Positions 20,596 through 29,413 of a DNA stretch of 64,000 nucleotides are shown one piece after another. Position numbers and translations under genes: made by a program. The stretch is from an uncultured virus (IMG/VR IMGVR_UViG_3300044619_001509) (Duplodnaviria; Heunggongvirae; Uroviricota; Caudoviricetes): the IMG/VR virus record IMGVR_UViG_3300044619_001509. One strand, written 5' to 3'. The number at the start of each line of letters is the position of its first letter. Position 1 is the stretch's first letter. The notes under the pieces were generated by a model. The model saw only the letters and a list, made by a program, of their open reading frames with translations, was not told the DNA's origin and did not search any database.

Positions 20596-22262
20596 AGCAA
20601 TATAGTAAAATAATAGTATATCCTGTTTTATATGAAAAAGATACAAACGGTGACTATGTTCTGGATACAAATAATGAAAAAATAGTCATACAAAATTATT
20701 TAAATGTAAGTCCTTCACAAGATTATGAAGTAGTAACAGAAACCCAAGAATATTTTTATTTAAATGTAACAAATTTGGGAACGGACATATGGGCAGCAAC
20801 ATGGATAGCCACAGATCCAACTGTACCAAATTTAACTATTGCGGCAGAATCATTAGGAAATGTAAATTACTTTAATTATGTAAAACCGATGATTCAGTTA
20901 CTTGATTGTACTATGACTGGTTCATATAAATTAAGTTCTGCTTCTAGTTTTGTAGACGGAACATCAGGATGTCCACAAAGATTTGCTGCAATTATTACAA
21001 AATTAAATCAATTACCAGAAGGTAAGCGTTCTATTGGAATGTATCGTTACAATAATGGTCCAATTTACGATGAAGTTGGGGACAGATATCCAAGTGGAAA
21101 TCAATCACCGTGGGCAGCAAATGCAATTAATACATTAAAACAGGATTGGTTGTATATTGCAAACGCTTTGGCGGAAAACAATTCCACACCAGATTATTTA
21201 ATACTTGATTGTGAACAGCAAGGTACATTTAGATTTTTTGGTGCTTTGGGAGGAAATCCAACAAGAGTTAATGAAATTACTACAGATTCTAGATTAAATC
21301 AAAAATGGTATAATTCTGATAGTTTTGCCGATTTGTATACAAATTACGGTGAATTTCCATTGACATTTACAAACATATCAAATGGAACATTCCATCCACA
21401 GACTGCATTTGAATATTCATATTGGGATAGATCTATGGATGCTTTGCATGCCCAAGTATTAAATGAAGCATTTTATAAACCAACATTAGATATATTCTCA
21501 AACATAAAAGTATCAAATTATGAATCTGATAATATTGAAAATAATAATTATGTGTATGATTCAAATGGTCATATAAAAAGAACAAAATATTATGTCGGAG
21601 ATGCCAATTCTCCTGTAATGTACGGATCTTGGATGTCTCCTTCGGTATATGGAATATATGCAAACGATACTACAAAATTGGTAAGAACGAATTATGGTGC
21701 AACGATTCAGTTTGATAATACTGCATGGAATCAATTTTTAATACTGGTAAATAATATAAGATCAATTAAAAGATCCTCACCAAATTTTCCAATAAGACCT
21801 TGGATTGCAAGTATTGATTTTACTGGAGATAGTGCATACAACCCAAAATGGAAAACTGATGGAACAGTGTCGAGTAATATTTCTGAAGGACTATACTGGG
21901 AAAGCATAAGACATTTTTGCTTAACAGGAACGCAAATGTTCAATTACTGGAACACAAGCGACAATACTCCAGAGAAAATAATAAATAATTGCGGAAAATT
22001 AAATACCGTTCTTTCCGATGTTAATGATCAACTTGGTGGGTATAGCGACACAGTAACAAATATTAATAAAATTAATTTTTTAGCAAATTATGTGATTAGT
22101 GGAGCAAAGATAGTAAATTCTAATAATTATCTTTGGAGAATTACCCCCAAACCAGGCGTGATCTTAAAAGACATCAATAACACAATAATTACTACAGATA
22201 GTGATGGTGGTGTGTGGTTAACAACAACCACTTCTTCGATACCAATTTTTAATATTGCATGA
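20592..22262 (+). CDS. Hypothetical 556-aa protein between gp15 and gp16, possibly glycoside-hydrolase-like
   Basis: ATGA overlap with gp15; aromatic/Asn-rich; PDYLILDCE, KVSNYE, IRPWIA and YWESIRH segments suggest a TIM barrel (inference). Confidence 0.5.
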   Translation: MKQYSKIIVYPVLYEKDTNGDYVLDTNNEKIVIQNYLNVSPSQDYEVVTETQEYFYLNVTNLGTDIWAATWIATDPTVPNLTIAAESLGNVNYFNYVKPMIQLLDCTMTGSYKLSSASSFVDGTSGCPQRFAAIITKLNQLPEGKRSIGMYRYNNGPIYDEVGDRYPSGNQSPWAANAINTLKQDWLYIANALAENNSTPDYLILDCEQQGTFRFFGALGGNPTRVNEITTDSRLNQKWYNSDSFADLYTNYGEFPLTFTNISNGTFHPQTAFEYSYWDRSMDALHAQVLNEAFYKPTLDIFSNIKVSNYESDNIENNNYVYDSNGHIKRTKYYVGDANSPVMYGSWMSPSVYGIYANDTTKLVRTNYGATIQFDNTAWNQFLILVNNIRSIKRSSPNFPIRPWIASIDFTGDSAYNPKWKTDGTVSSNISEGLYWESIRHFCLTGTQMFNYWNTSDNTPEKIINNCGKLNTVLSDVNDQLGGYSDTVTNINKINFLANYVISGAKIVNSNNYLWRITPKPGVILKDINNTIITTDSDGGVWLTTTTSSIPIFNIA

Positions 22263-22270
22263 GATAAATT

Positions 22271-22720
22271 ATGAAACCAAAAGACTTTGAAAATTTAGAA
22301 GATGAGTTTGAACTCGCCAAGATAGATTCCAGTGGGGGAGTAATTGTTCCCACCGAGAATCAAGAACCCCCAAAGAATCTTGACTTAGACAAAGATTATA
22401 AAGAGGTTAGAGATAACTTAAAAGATATTGTCAAAAAGGGAGCAGAAGCAATTGATGGTATCAGTCTTGTTGCGTCTGAAACTCAGCATCCAAGAGCATA
22501 TGAAGTTCTTGCTACATTGATCAAAAGCGTAGCGGATGTAAATAAAGATATAATGTCAATTCATAAACAAATGAAAGACATAAAAGGCGAAAAAGAACAA
22601 CCAAAAGTAGCACCTACCGTAACCAACAATTCTATTCATTTTGTTGGTAGTACCAAGGAATTGCAAGATTTGGTTAAAAAGAAATTGAATATTATAGAAG
22701 GCGAAAAGATAGATGGATAA
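22271..22720 (+). CDS. gp16: Terminase small subunit
   Basis: DY...RDNL, HPRAYEV..TLIK, NNSIHFVGSTKELQ. Confidence 0.9.
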   Translation: MKPKDFENLEDEFELAKIDSSGGVIVPTENQEPPKNLDLDKDYKEVRDNLKDIVKKGAEAIDGISLVASETQHPRAYEVLATLIKSVADVNKDIMSIHKQMKDIKGEKEQPKVAPTVTNNSIHFVGSTKELQDLVKKKLNIIEGEKIDG

Positions 22721-24353
22721 AACAGCATATCTTGGTAATTTAAATCTAAAACCAGAAAATGTATCAATTGAGTATACCAAGGAACAGATAGAAGAATATT
22801 TAAAGTGTTCTGCTGATCCTCTTTATTTTATTGAAAATTACATTAAAATTATTAATCTTGATGATGGTTTAGTTCCCTTTAAAATGTGGGATTTTCAAAA
22901 GAATTTAATAAAAACTATTCATGATAATCGTTTTACTATTGCAAAACTACCCCGTCAGTATGGAAAATCGACAACAGTAGTTGCTTATATTTTACATTAT
23001 ATTCTTTTTAATAAAGAAGTTAATGTTGCTATTTTGGCAAACAAAGAAAAAATTGCGCGAGATCTATTGGGTAAAATTAAGACAGCGTATGAACATTTAC
23101 CAAAATGGATACAGCAGGGTGTAGGAGAATGGAATAAGGGTTCTATTGTTTTAGAAAACGGTTCGAAGGTCATTGCTGCTGCTACCTCTGCTTCTGCTAT
23201 TCGTGGTGGTTCTTATAATTTAATTTTGCTTGATGAGTTTGCCCACATCGAACCCCATATTGCAGATGATTTTTATTCGTCCGCATATCCTACAATTACC
23301 TCTGGTAAAACAACAAAATTAGTAATTGTATCCACACCAAGGGGATTGAATTTATTTTATCGTCTTTGGACAGAAGCAATTGAAAAACGAAGTAAATTAG
23401 TCCCAATTCAAGGAAATTGGTGGGATTTACCAGGCCGTGATGCAGCTTGGAAGGAAGAAACTATTCAGGGACTTGGTGGAGAGAATGGTGGAGAAGAAAA
23501 ATTTCAACAAGAATATGAAACAGATTTTATTGGTAGTGCAAATACACTCATCCATTCGAATAAATTAAAATCTCTATCATATAAGACTCCACTATACAAA
23601 GATGCAAACGGCTTAAAGGTGTATGAAGAACCCTGTTCAAACCACACATATGTTATGGTGGTGGATACGGCAAGAGGTACTGGTCTGGATTATAATGCCT
23701 TTGTTGTAATTGACATAACAAAAGTCCCATACAAGGTTGTTGCTACATTTAGAAATAACGAAATGTCTCCTGTCGTATATCCCAATGTTATTTTACCCGT
23801 TGCTCGTAAATTTGCAAATGCGTTCATATTGGTAGAAATTAACGATATTGGCGCACAAGTGGCGGAAATTCTATACAACGAAATGGAGTATGAAAATGTG
23901 CTGATGGCTTCTATTCGTGGTAGAAAAGGACAAACACTGGATGGTGGGTTTGGTGGATCGGATATACAATTGGGACTAAGAACAACAAGAGCAGTGAAGA
24001 GATTGGGTTGTTCTTTGATTAAATCTTTCATAGAAGATGATAAATTGTTATTTTGTGACTATGATCTGTTACAAGAATTGGTTTCTTTTGTCTCAAAGAA
24101 TCAATCCTTTGAAGCAGAAATCGGACACACAGATGATTTAGTAATGTGTTTGGTTCTATTTGGTTGGTTAACCACTCAGGGATACTTTAAAGACATGGTT
24201 AACATGGATATTCGAAAACAAATATTTGATGATCGTTTAAAAGAAATCGAAGAAGAATTAACTCCGTTTGGTTTTATTGAAGCAGGATACGACTCGGAAG
24301 TGGAAATCGATAATGAAGGAACTGGCTGGTATTTGGCGGATCCGAAGTATTAA
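22713..24353 (+). CDS. gp17: Terminase large subunit
   Basis: YLGNLNLK, Walker A PRQYGKST, Walker B LILLDE, VSTP, nuclease VVDTARG and HTDDLV. Confidence 0.96.
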   Translation: MDKTAYLGNLNLKPENVSIEYTKEQIEEYLKCSADPLYFIENYIKIINLDDGLVPFKMWDFQKNLIKTIHDNRFTIAKLPRQYGKSTTVVAYILHYILFNKEVNVAILANKEKIARDLLGKIKTAYEHLPKWIQQGVGEWNKGSIVLENGSKVIAAATSASAIRGGSYNLILLDEFAHIEPHIADDFYSSAYPTITSGKTTKLVIVSTPRGLNLFYRLWTEAIEKRSKLVPIQGNWWDLPGRDAAWKEETIQGLGGENGGEEKFQQEYETDFIGSANTLIHSNKLKSLSYKTPLYKDANGLKVYEEPCSNHTYVMVVDTARGTGLDYNAFVVIDITKVPYKVVATFRNNEMSPVVYPNVILPVARKFANAFILVEINDIGAQVAEILYNEMEYENVLMASIRGRKGQTLDGGFGGSDIQLGLRTTRAVKRLGCSLIKSFIEDDKLLFCDYDLLQELVSFVSKNQSFEAEIGHTDDLVMCLVLFGWLTTQGYFKDMVNMDIRKQIFDDRLKEIEEELTPFGFIEAGYDSEVEIDNEGTGWYLADPKY

Positions 24354-24369
24354 TGTAAAGAGGGGTTTT

Positions 24370-24377
24370 TATACATA
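24370..24377 (+). promoter_or_regulatory. Putative late promoter variant TATACATA upstream of gp18
   Basis: One mismatch to T4 TATAAATA in an intergenic gap; TAAGGAG RBS downstream. Confidence 0.5.
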
Positions 24378-24421
24378 TTTGTAGTAAAAATATTAAATAT
24401 TAGGATCTAAGGAGACTATAA

Positions 24422-26371
24422 ATGGCATTTCAAGTAAGCCCTGGCGTACAAATACGAGAATTTGATCTTACAGCAATTGTTCCTGCTGTAGCAACAACCC
24501 CTGCTGGTTATGTTGGAGTATTCCAATGGGGCCCAGCAGATCAAAGAGTCCTTGTCTCAACCGAAAAAGAATTAGAAAGTATTTTCTTTTCACCTCTTAA
24601 CAATCCTTACTATGCAACTTCGTGGTTAATGGCATCCAACTTTTTGGCATACGGTGGAAATCTTCAAGTAGTTCGTTATGTTAATTCTGTAACAGCAACA
24701 GTTGGATCAAGTACAAACTTTACGAGAAACAGTGGTCAATTTGATTTGAACGCAGTTTCTTTGATCGCAGGACCTGGTACAAAAGAAACACTAACTTCTG
24801 GTGATACAATTGTTACCATTAAGAATCGCGAACATTACGAATCTATAACAATCAATGGTGTAACGACTCCATTCGAAAACGCATTTCTTGCAAGATATCC
24901 AAGTAGATTGGGTAATAATTTGGCAGTTGTTGTTTTGATGCCTACCGATTCTGCAAATCCTTGGGCAACAGAATTCGCAGGCGCTCAAGCAGCAGCAACA
25001 GGAACAATTGGAAATAATTTCACAGCAGCAACTCTTGCTTCTGCGGTGTTCAATTCCATAAGAGCATTCCCAAACACAACACAACAAGCAGCAACTCTTG
25101 GATTCAGTAGAGACGAAATTCATATTGCTGTTATTGACATTAACGGTTCATTCTCTGGTGTTGCTGGTGAAATATTGGAATTGTACGAAGGTCTATCGGT
25201 TGCTTCCGATGCAACAAACGCAGACGGTACTACGAATTATTGGCAAAATGTCATCAATAACAGATCGCAATACATCTATGCTGGTGATATTGGAAGTCAA
25301 ATTCGCTTCAAGTCAACAGGATTGGCATGGGGTTCTGCTTTTGCAACTTCTGCTCCTGGCGGATTCCGTATTGGTTATACAGATAGAACAACACAAACCA
25401 ACGAAACATTTGCTACATTCTACTTTGACGGTGGAACAAATGCAACATTTACTACAAATGCAGTGGCATATTCAAATATAAATGTAACTCTGTCTGCTAA
25501 TATTTTAGCAGAATATCAAGACATGTTTGGTGATCCAGATGAGTCTGATGTTTCGTTGTTGATTGGTTATAACACAACAAGCACAACCGATACGAGCAGT
25601 CTAATTGCAATTGCAGAAAACAGAAAAGATGCAATTTGCTTTGTGTCTACTTGCTACGATCTTGGTAATGTTGGTGGATCTAGAACAACAATTAAGAATG
25701 CAATTACAGCTTTTGCAGATCTTTTAGGTTCAACATCTTACGGTGCTTTGGATTCTGGTTACAAGTACCAATACGATAGATTCAATAATGTTTATCGTTA
25801 TGTTCCACTTTGTGCCGATAGTGCGGGGTGTGCGGTAAGAACAGACAACCAAAAGGATCCTTGGTTCTCGCCAGCAGGATATGATCGCGGTAGAATTTTG
25901 AATGTTGTGAAGTTAGTGTTCAACCCAAATCAAGCAGAACGCGACGAACTTTACAAGAAAAATGTAAATCCTGTAATTACATCTCAAGGATTTGGTGTAA
26001 TTCTGTTCGGTGATAAGACTCTACAGAAGAAACCAAGTGCATTTGATCGTATCAATGTTCGTAGATTGTTTAATGTTCTTGAGAAGTCAATTGCGACTGC
26101 TGCCAAGTTCCAACTCTTCGAATTCAACGATGCGTTCACTCGTTCGCAATTCAAGCAACTTGTTGAACCATTCTTGCGCGATGTTCAAGGAAGAAGAGGA
26201 ATTACTTCTTACGCAGTTGTATGTGACGAAAGTAACAATACACCATCAATTATTGATGCAAACAGATTTGTTGCTGATATTTTCGTTGCACCAAACCGTT
26301 CGATCAACTTCATTCAACTTAACTTCGTGGCAACTCCAACTGGAGTATCTTTCGCGGAATATGGTGGATAA
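24422..26371 (+). CDS. gp18: Tail sheath protein
   Basis: SPGVQIREFDLT, FQWGP, PWFSPAG..RG, AFDRINVRRLF, FEFNDAFTR, RSINFIQLNFVA. Confidence 0.96.
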   Translation: MAFQVSPGVQIREFDLTAIVPAVATTPAGYVGVFQWGPADQRVLVSTEKELESIFFSPLNNPYYATSWLMASNFLAYGGNLQVVRYVNSVTATVGSSTNFTRNSGQFDLNAVSLIAGPGTKETLTSGDTIVTIKNREHYESITINGVTTPFENAFLARYPSRLGNNLAVVVLMPTDSANPWATEFAGAQAAATGTIGNNFTAATLASAVFNSIRAFPNTTQQAATLGFSRDEIHIAVIDINGSFSGVAGEILELYEGLSVASDATNADGTTNYWQNVINNRSQYIYAGDIGSQIRFKSTGLAWGSAFATSAPGGFRIGYTDRTTQTNETFATFYFDGGTNATFTTNAVAYSNINVTLSANILAEYQDMFGDPDESDVSLLIGYNTTSTTDTSSLIAIAENRKDAICFVSTCYDLGNVGGSRTTIKNAITAFADLLGSTSYGALDSGYKYQYDRFNNVYRYVPLCADSAGCAVRTDNQKDPWFSPAGYDRGRILNVVKLVFNPNQAERDELYKKNVNPVITSQGFGVILFGDKTLQKKPSAFDRINVRRLFNVLEKSIATAAKFQLFEFNDAFTRSQFKQLVEPFLRDVQGRRGITSYAVVCDESNNTPSIIDANRFVADIFVAPNRSINFIQLNFVATPTGVSFAEYGG

Positions 26372-26395
26372 AACAAAGTTTTTACGAAAAAGAAG

Positions 26396-26403
26396 AATAA
26401 ATA
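26396..26403 (+). promoter_or_regulatory. Putative late promoter AATAAATA upstream of gp19
   Basis: One mismatch to TATAAATA; intergenic, before AGGAG RBS. Confidence 0.5.
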
Positions 26404-26421
26404 AAGTAAATAGGAGACATA

Positions 26422-27177
26422 ATGGCAGACTCAAGCATTAATTCATTTATGACAAACTTTGACGGTGGTGCAAGACCAAATCTTTACACCTTCGTCTTAG
26501 CATGTCCTGGTCTAGCAGTATTAAATCCACAATTTGCACAACTTCAGTTTTTCTGCCGCAGTACACAGCTTCCTGCTTCTGTACTTGGAGAAATTACTGT
26601 ACCGTATTTGGGAAGACAAGGTAAGTATCCTGGCGATAGAACCTTTGAAGATTTTACGATTACCGTAATCAACACTCAAGATATGAATCTTCGTAGAGTG
26701 TTTGAATTCTGGCACGAAAACTTCAACACATACGCAGGAAACTCAACTTCGTATCCCAATCCAAGACAAATATTTGGTACTGCGGTTGTGACACAACTCA
26801 ATAAGGCATACCAACCAGTTCGTGCATATCAGTTGTTTGATATGTTCCCAAGAGATGTATCATCTGTTGATTTGGCATATGATAACAACGATACTGTTTC
26901 TGAATTCTCAGTAACTTTCGGATATTCATACTTTGTTACTGACAATTCTCCTGCAAACAGTGCCGCTGGAGTTGGTGGTCAAGGATTACTCAATCCTGGC
27001 GCATATGTTCCTGGTCTTGCTGGTTCTGGAAATGGATTCGGTTTTGGAAACAACGGATTTGGTGGTGGACAAGGATTTGGAGTATCGTTCGGTTCTGGAC
27101 CTAGTGGATCGGGATTCTCGTTTGGATATGGTAATGGTAATTCTGGATTTGGTTTTGGTTACGGTAAGAGTAATTAA
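26422..27177 (+). CDS. gp19: Tail tube protein with Gly/Phe-rich C-terminal extension
   Basis: GGARPNLY, FFCRSTQLP, PGDRTFEDFTITV, FPRDVSSVDL.YD, EFSVTFGY; about 75 extra C-terminal residues. Confidence 0.92.
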   Translation: MADSSINSFMTNFDGGARPNLYTFVLACPGLAVLNPQFAQLQFFCRSTQLPASVLGEITVPYLGRQGKYPGDRTFEDFTITVINTQDMNLRRVFEFWHENFNTYAGNSTSYPNPRQIFGTAVVTQLNKAYQPVRAYQLFDMFPRDVSSVDLAYDNNDTVSEFSVTFGYSYFVTDNSPANSAAGVGGQGLLNPGAYVPGLAGSGNGFGFGNNGFGGGQGFGVSFGSGPSGSGFSFGYGNGNSGFGFGYGKSN

Positions 27178-27193
27178 AACATATAATGTGACA

Positions 27194-27201
27194 CCTACAT
27201 A
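27194..27201 (+). promoter_or_regulatory. Putative late promoter variant CCTACATA upstream of gp20
   Basis: Shares the TA(A/C)ATA core found before other late genes. Confidence 0.4.
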
Positions 27202-27231
27202 TTCAAGTAGTATTTTACTTGGAGATTTATA

Positions 27232-28869
27232 ATGTCAATACCCTTCTTTGGAGCTCTATTTGGAAGCAGTAAAAAGCGTTCCACAGATTTCCTAAACATT
27301 CCAGTAACCCCTGAAGCAGACTTTGAGGACGGCGCAACAATCTTAGAGAGTGGCGCTGGAGCTCAAGGTTATGCTGTTGATATGGATACAAATCTTAGAT
27401 CTGATATTGATCTTATTCGTAAGTATAGAGAAATAAGTGGACATGCAGAAATTGAAATTGCTATTGATGATATTGTCAACGAAGCTATTTCAGAAGACAT
27501 CAAAGGTACAATTGTAAAATTAGATCTTGATAACATTGATATTTTATCTGCTGCAACCAAAAAGAAAATAGCACAAGAATTTAATGATATTTTGTATCTT
27601 ATAGGATTTAATAAAAAAGGATATGAACTTTTTCGTCAATGGTACATAGATGGAAGAATGTATCATTATTGCAATATAGATGAAAAAGATCCAAAAGCAG
27701 GAATTAAAAGCATTATTCCGATTGATCCTCTCAAGATCAAAAAGATCATAGAAATTAAAAAGAAAACCGATCAGGTTACAAAAGTACAAACAATCGAAGA
27801 AGTAAAAGAATATTATATTTACTCAAACTACGATAAATTCATTGCTCCTGGCCCAAACACACCAGTAATTACATACGGAAATCTCACAGGCATTCGATTG
27901 ACTTCGGATTCTGTGAGTTATGTGCATTCTGGATTACTTGAAAGAAACAGCAAGAGAATCTATGGTTACTTACACAAAGCAATCAAACCACTCAATCAGT
28001 TAAGAATGATTGAAGATGCTGTTGTAATCTATCGTATTTCCCGCGCACCCGAAAGAAGAATTTTTTATATCGATGTTGGTTCTTTACCAAAACAAAAAGC
28101 AGAACAGTATCTTCGTGAAATTATGAATCGTTACCGTAATAAGGTAACATACGATGCTGCAACAGGTGAAGTTCGTGACGATAGACGCATGATGCATATG
28201 TTGGAAGATTACTGGTTGCCTCGCCGTGAAGGTGGAAAGGGTACATCAATTGAAACTCTTCCTGGCGGACAAAACCTTGGTGAAATGGAAGATGTCAAAT
28301 ACTTCCAAAAGAAACTATATCAATCACTAAACATACCTCTTTCTCGTATGGAAGCAGACAATGGTTTCAATATGGGAAGGGCATCAGAAATCAGCAGAGA
28401 CGAATTGAAGTTTACGAAGTTTATCGATAAGTTGAGAAGAAAGTTTGCTGAGTTGTTCTTAAATCTTCTTCGTGTTCAATTGCTTGCAAAAGGAATATTG
28501 AATCAAGAAGATTGGGAAAAGGTATCTCAGGATATTCGTTTCAACTTCTCAAGTGATTCTTATTTTGCAGAATCTAAGAACATTGAAATGATGAAAGAAA
28601 GATTGTCGATTCTTCGTGATATTGGAGACTTCTCTGGTAAGTTCTTCTCCGAAGAATATGTTCGTAGGACCATATTACAAATGACACAACAAGAATCGGA
28701 TGCAATGCAAGAACAAATAGAAAAAGAAAGAATTCGCCAGCAAAGATTGGCAATGCAATTGGGTTCAGAAAATATTGCTACCGCAGAAGGTGGAAATCCG
28801 CCAGCAGTAGATGCGCCATTACCACAGCAAAATCAAGGTGGAGGAATGAATGTCAGCAGCTTACTATGA
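27232..28869 (+). CDS. gp20: Portal protein
   Basis: WYIDGR, YLHKAIKPLNQLRMIED..VIYRISRAPERRIFYIDVG, EDYWLPRREGGKGT, RDELKF. Confidence 0.97.
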   Translation: MSIPFFGALFGSSKKRSTDFLNIPVTPEADFEDGATILESGAGAQGYAVDMDTNLRSDIDLIRKYREISGHAEIEIAIDDIVNEAISEDIKGTIVKLDLDNIDILSAATKKKIAQEFNDILYLIGFNKKGYELFRQWYIDGRMYHYCNIDEKDPKAGIKSIIPIDPLKIKKIIEIKKKTDQVTKVQTIEEVKEYYIYSNYDKFIAPGPNTPVITYGNLTGIRLTSDSVSYVHSGLLERNSKRIYGYLHKAIKPLNQLRMIEDAVVIYRISRAPERRIFYIDVGSLPKQKAEQYLREIMNRYRNKVTYDAATGEVRDDRRMMHMLEDYWLPRREGGKGTSIETLPGGQNLGEMEDVKYFQKKLYQSLNIPLSRMEADNGFNMGRASEISRDELKFTKFIDKLRRKFAELFLNLLRVQLLAKGILNQEDWEKVSQDIRFNFSSDSYFAESKNIEMMKERLSILRDIGDFSGKFFSEEYVRRTILQMTQQESDAMQEQIEKERIRQQRLAMQLGSENIATAEGGNPPAVDAPLPQQNQGGGMNVSSLL

Positions 28870-29413
28870 TGTAAATGCCGAACAAGGTTCAACCTTTAGG
28901 ATGAAACTAACGGTTGCCGATAAGAACGGAAAAGCTTTAAATCTTAAGGGAAACCAAGATGGATATGTTCCTATTGGAGAATTGCCCGAAGGATTCGAAG
29001 ATAGATTTTTAGTCACGGATTCGCAAGGTGTAACAAGTAGTATCGCTAAGGTATTTCTTCGTATGCAAGTGCGCGATAGCGTCGATGGTAGTGTTGTTCC
29101 TATTTCTCAACCACCCGAAATTGCAAATCAAACAAATAGCGATGAGTTAACACTTTTTGGTGTATCTGGGTTTGGTTCTAATGTATTTCCAATCGATATA
29201 GAACTTGGTGATGGGGGAACAACTCAGGAAGAACCAAATGCAATTATTACAATTGATGCCATCTACATGGAAAATATTCCATATGGTAAACCATTGTATG
29301 ATATAGAAGTTGTCTATGCCCAAGATACAATTTCACACCCAAATAAAGTTGTCTATAGATTAGTTCAAGGTAGATTCATAATTTCTCCAAACATTACGAG
29401 ATTTGCAAACTAA
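28850..29413 (+). CDS. Hypothetical beta-sandwich (baseplate/fibre adapter-like) protein
   Basis: YDVNAEQGSTF...RMQVR...YDIEV...RLVQGRFIISPNIT pattern typical of small phage structural adapters; GGAGG RBS. Confidence 0.6.
   Translation: MSAAYYDVNAEQGSTFRMKLTVADKNGKALNLKGNQDGYVPIGELPEGFEDRFLVTDSQGVTSSIAKVFLRMQVRDSVDGSVVPISQPPEIANQTNSDELTLFGVSGFGSNVFPIDIELGDGGTTQEEPNAIITIDAIYMENIPYGKPLYDIEVVYAQDTISHPNKVVYRLVQGRFIISPNITRFAN

Noticed and set aside
20575..20600. Programmed -1 frameshift fusing gp15 to the downstream ORF
   Set aside because: The -1 frame has TAA at 20586-88 just before the ATG and there is no slippery heptamer after it; ATGA coupling suffices
27204..27221. CAAGTA/TACTTG hairpin before gp20
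   Set aside because: Only 6 AT-rich base pairs; too weak to call regulatory
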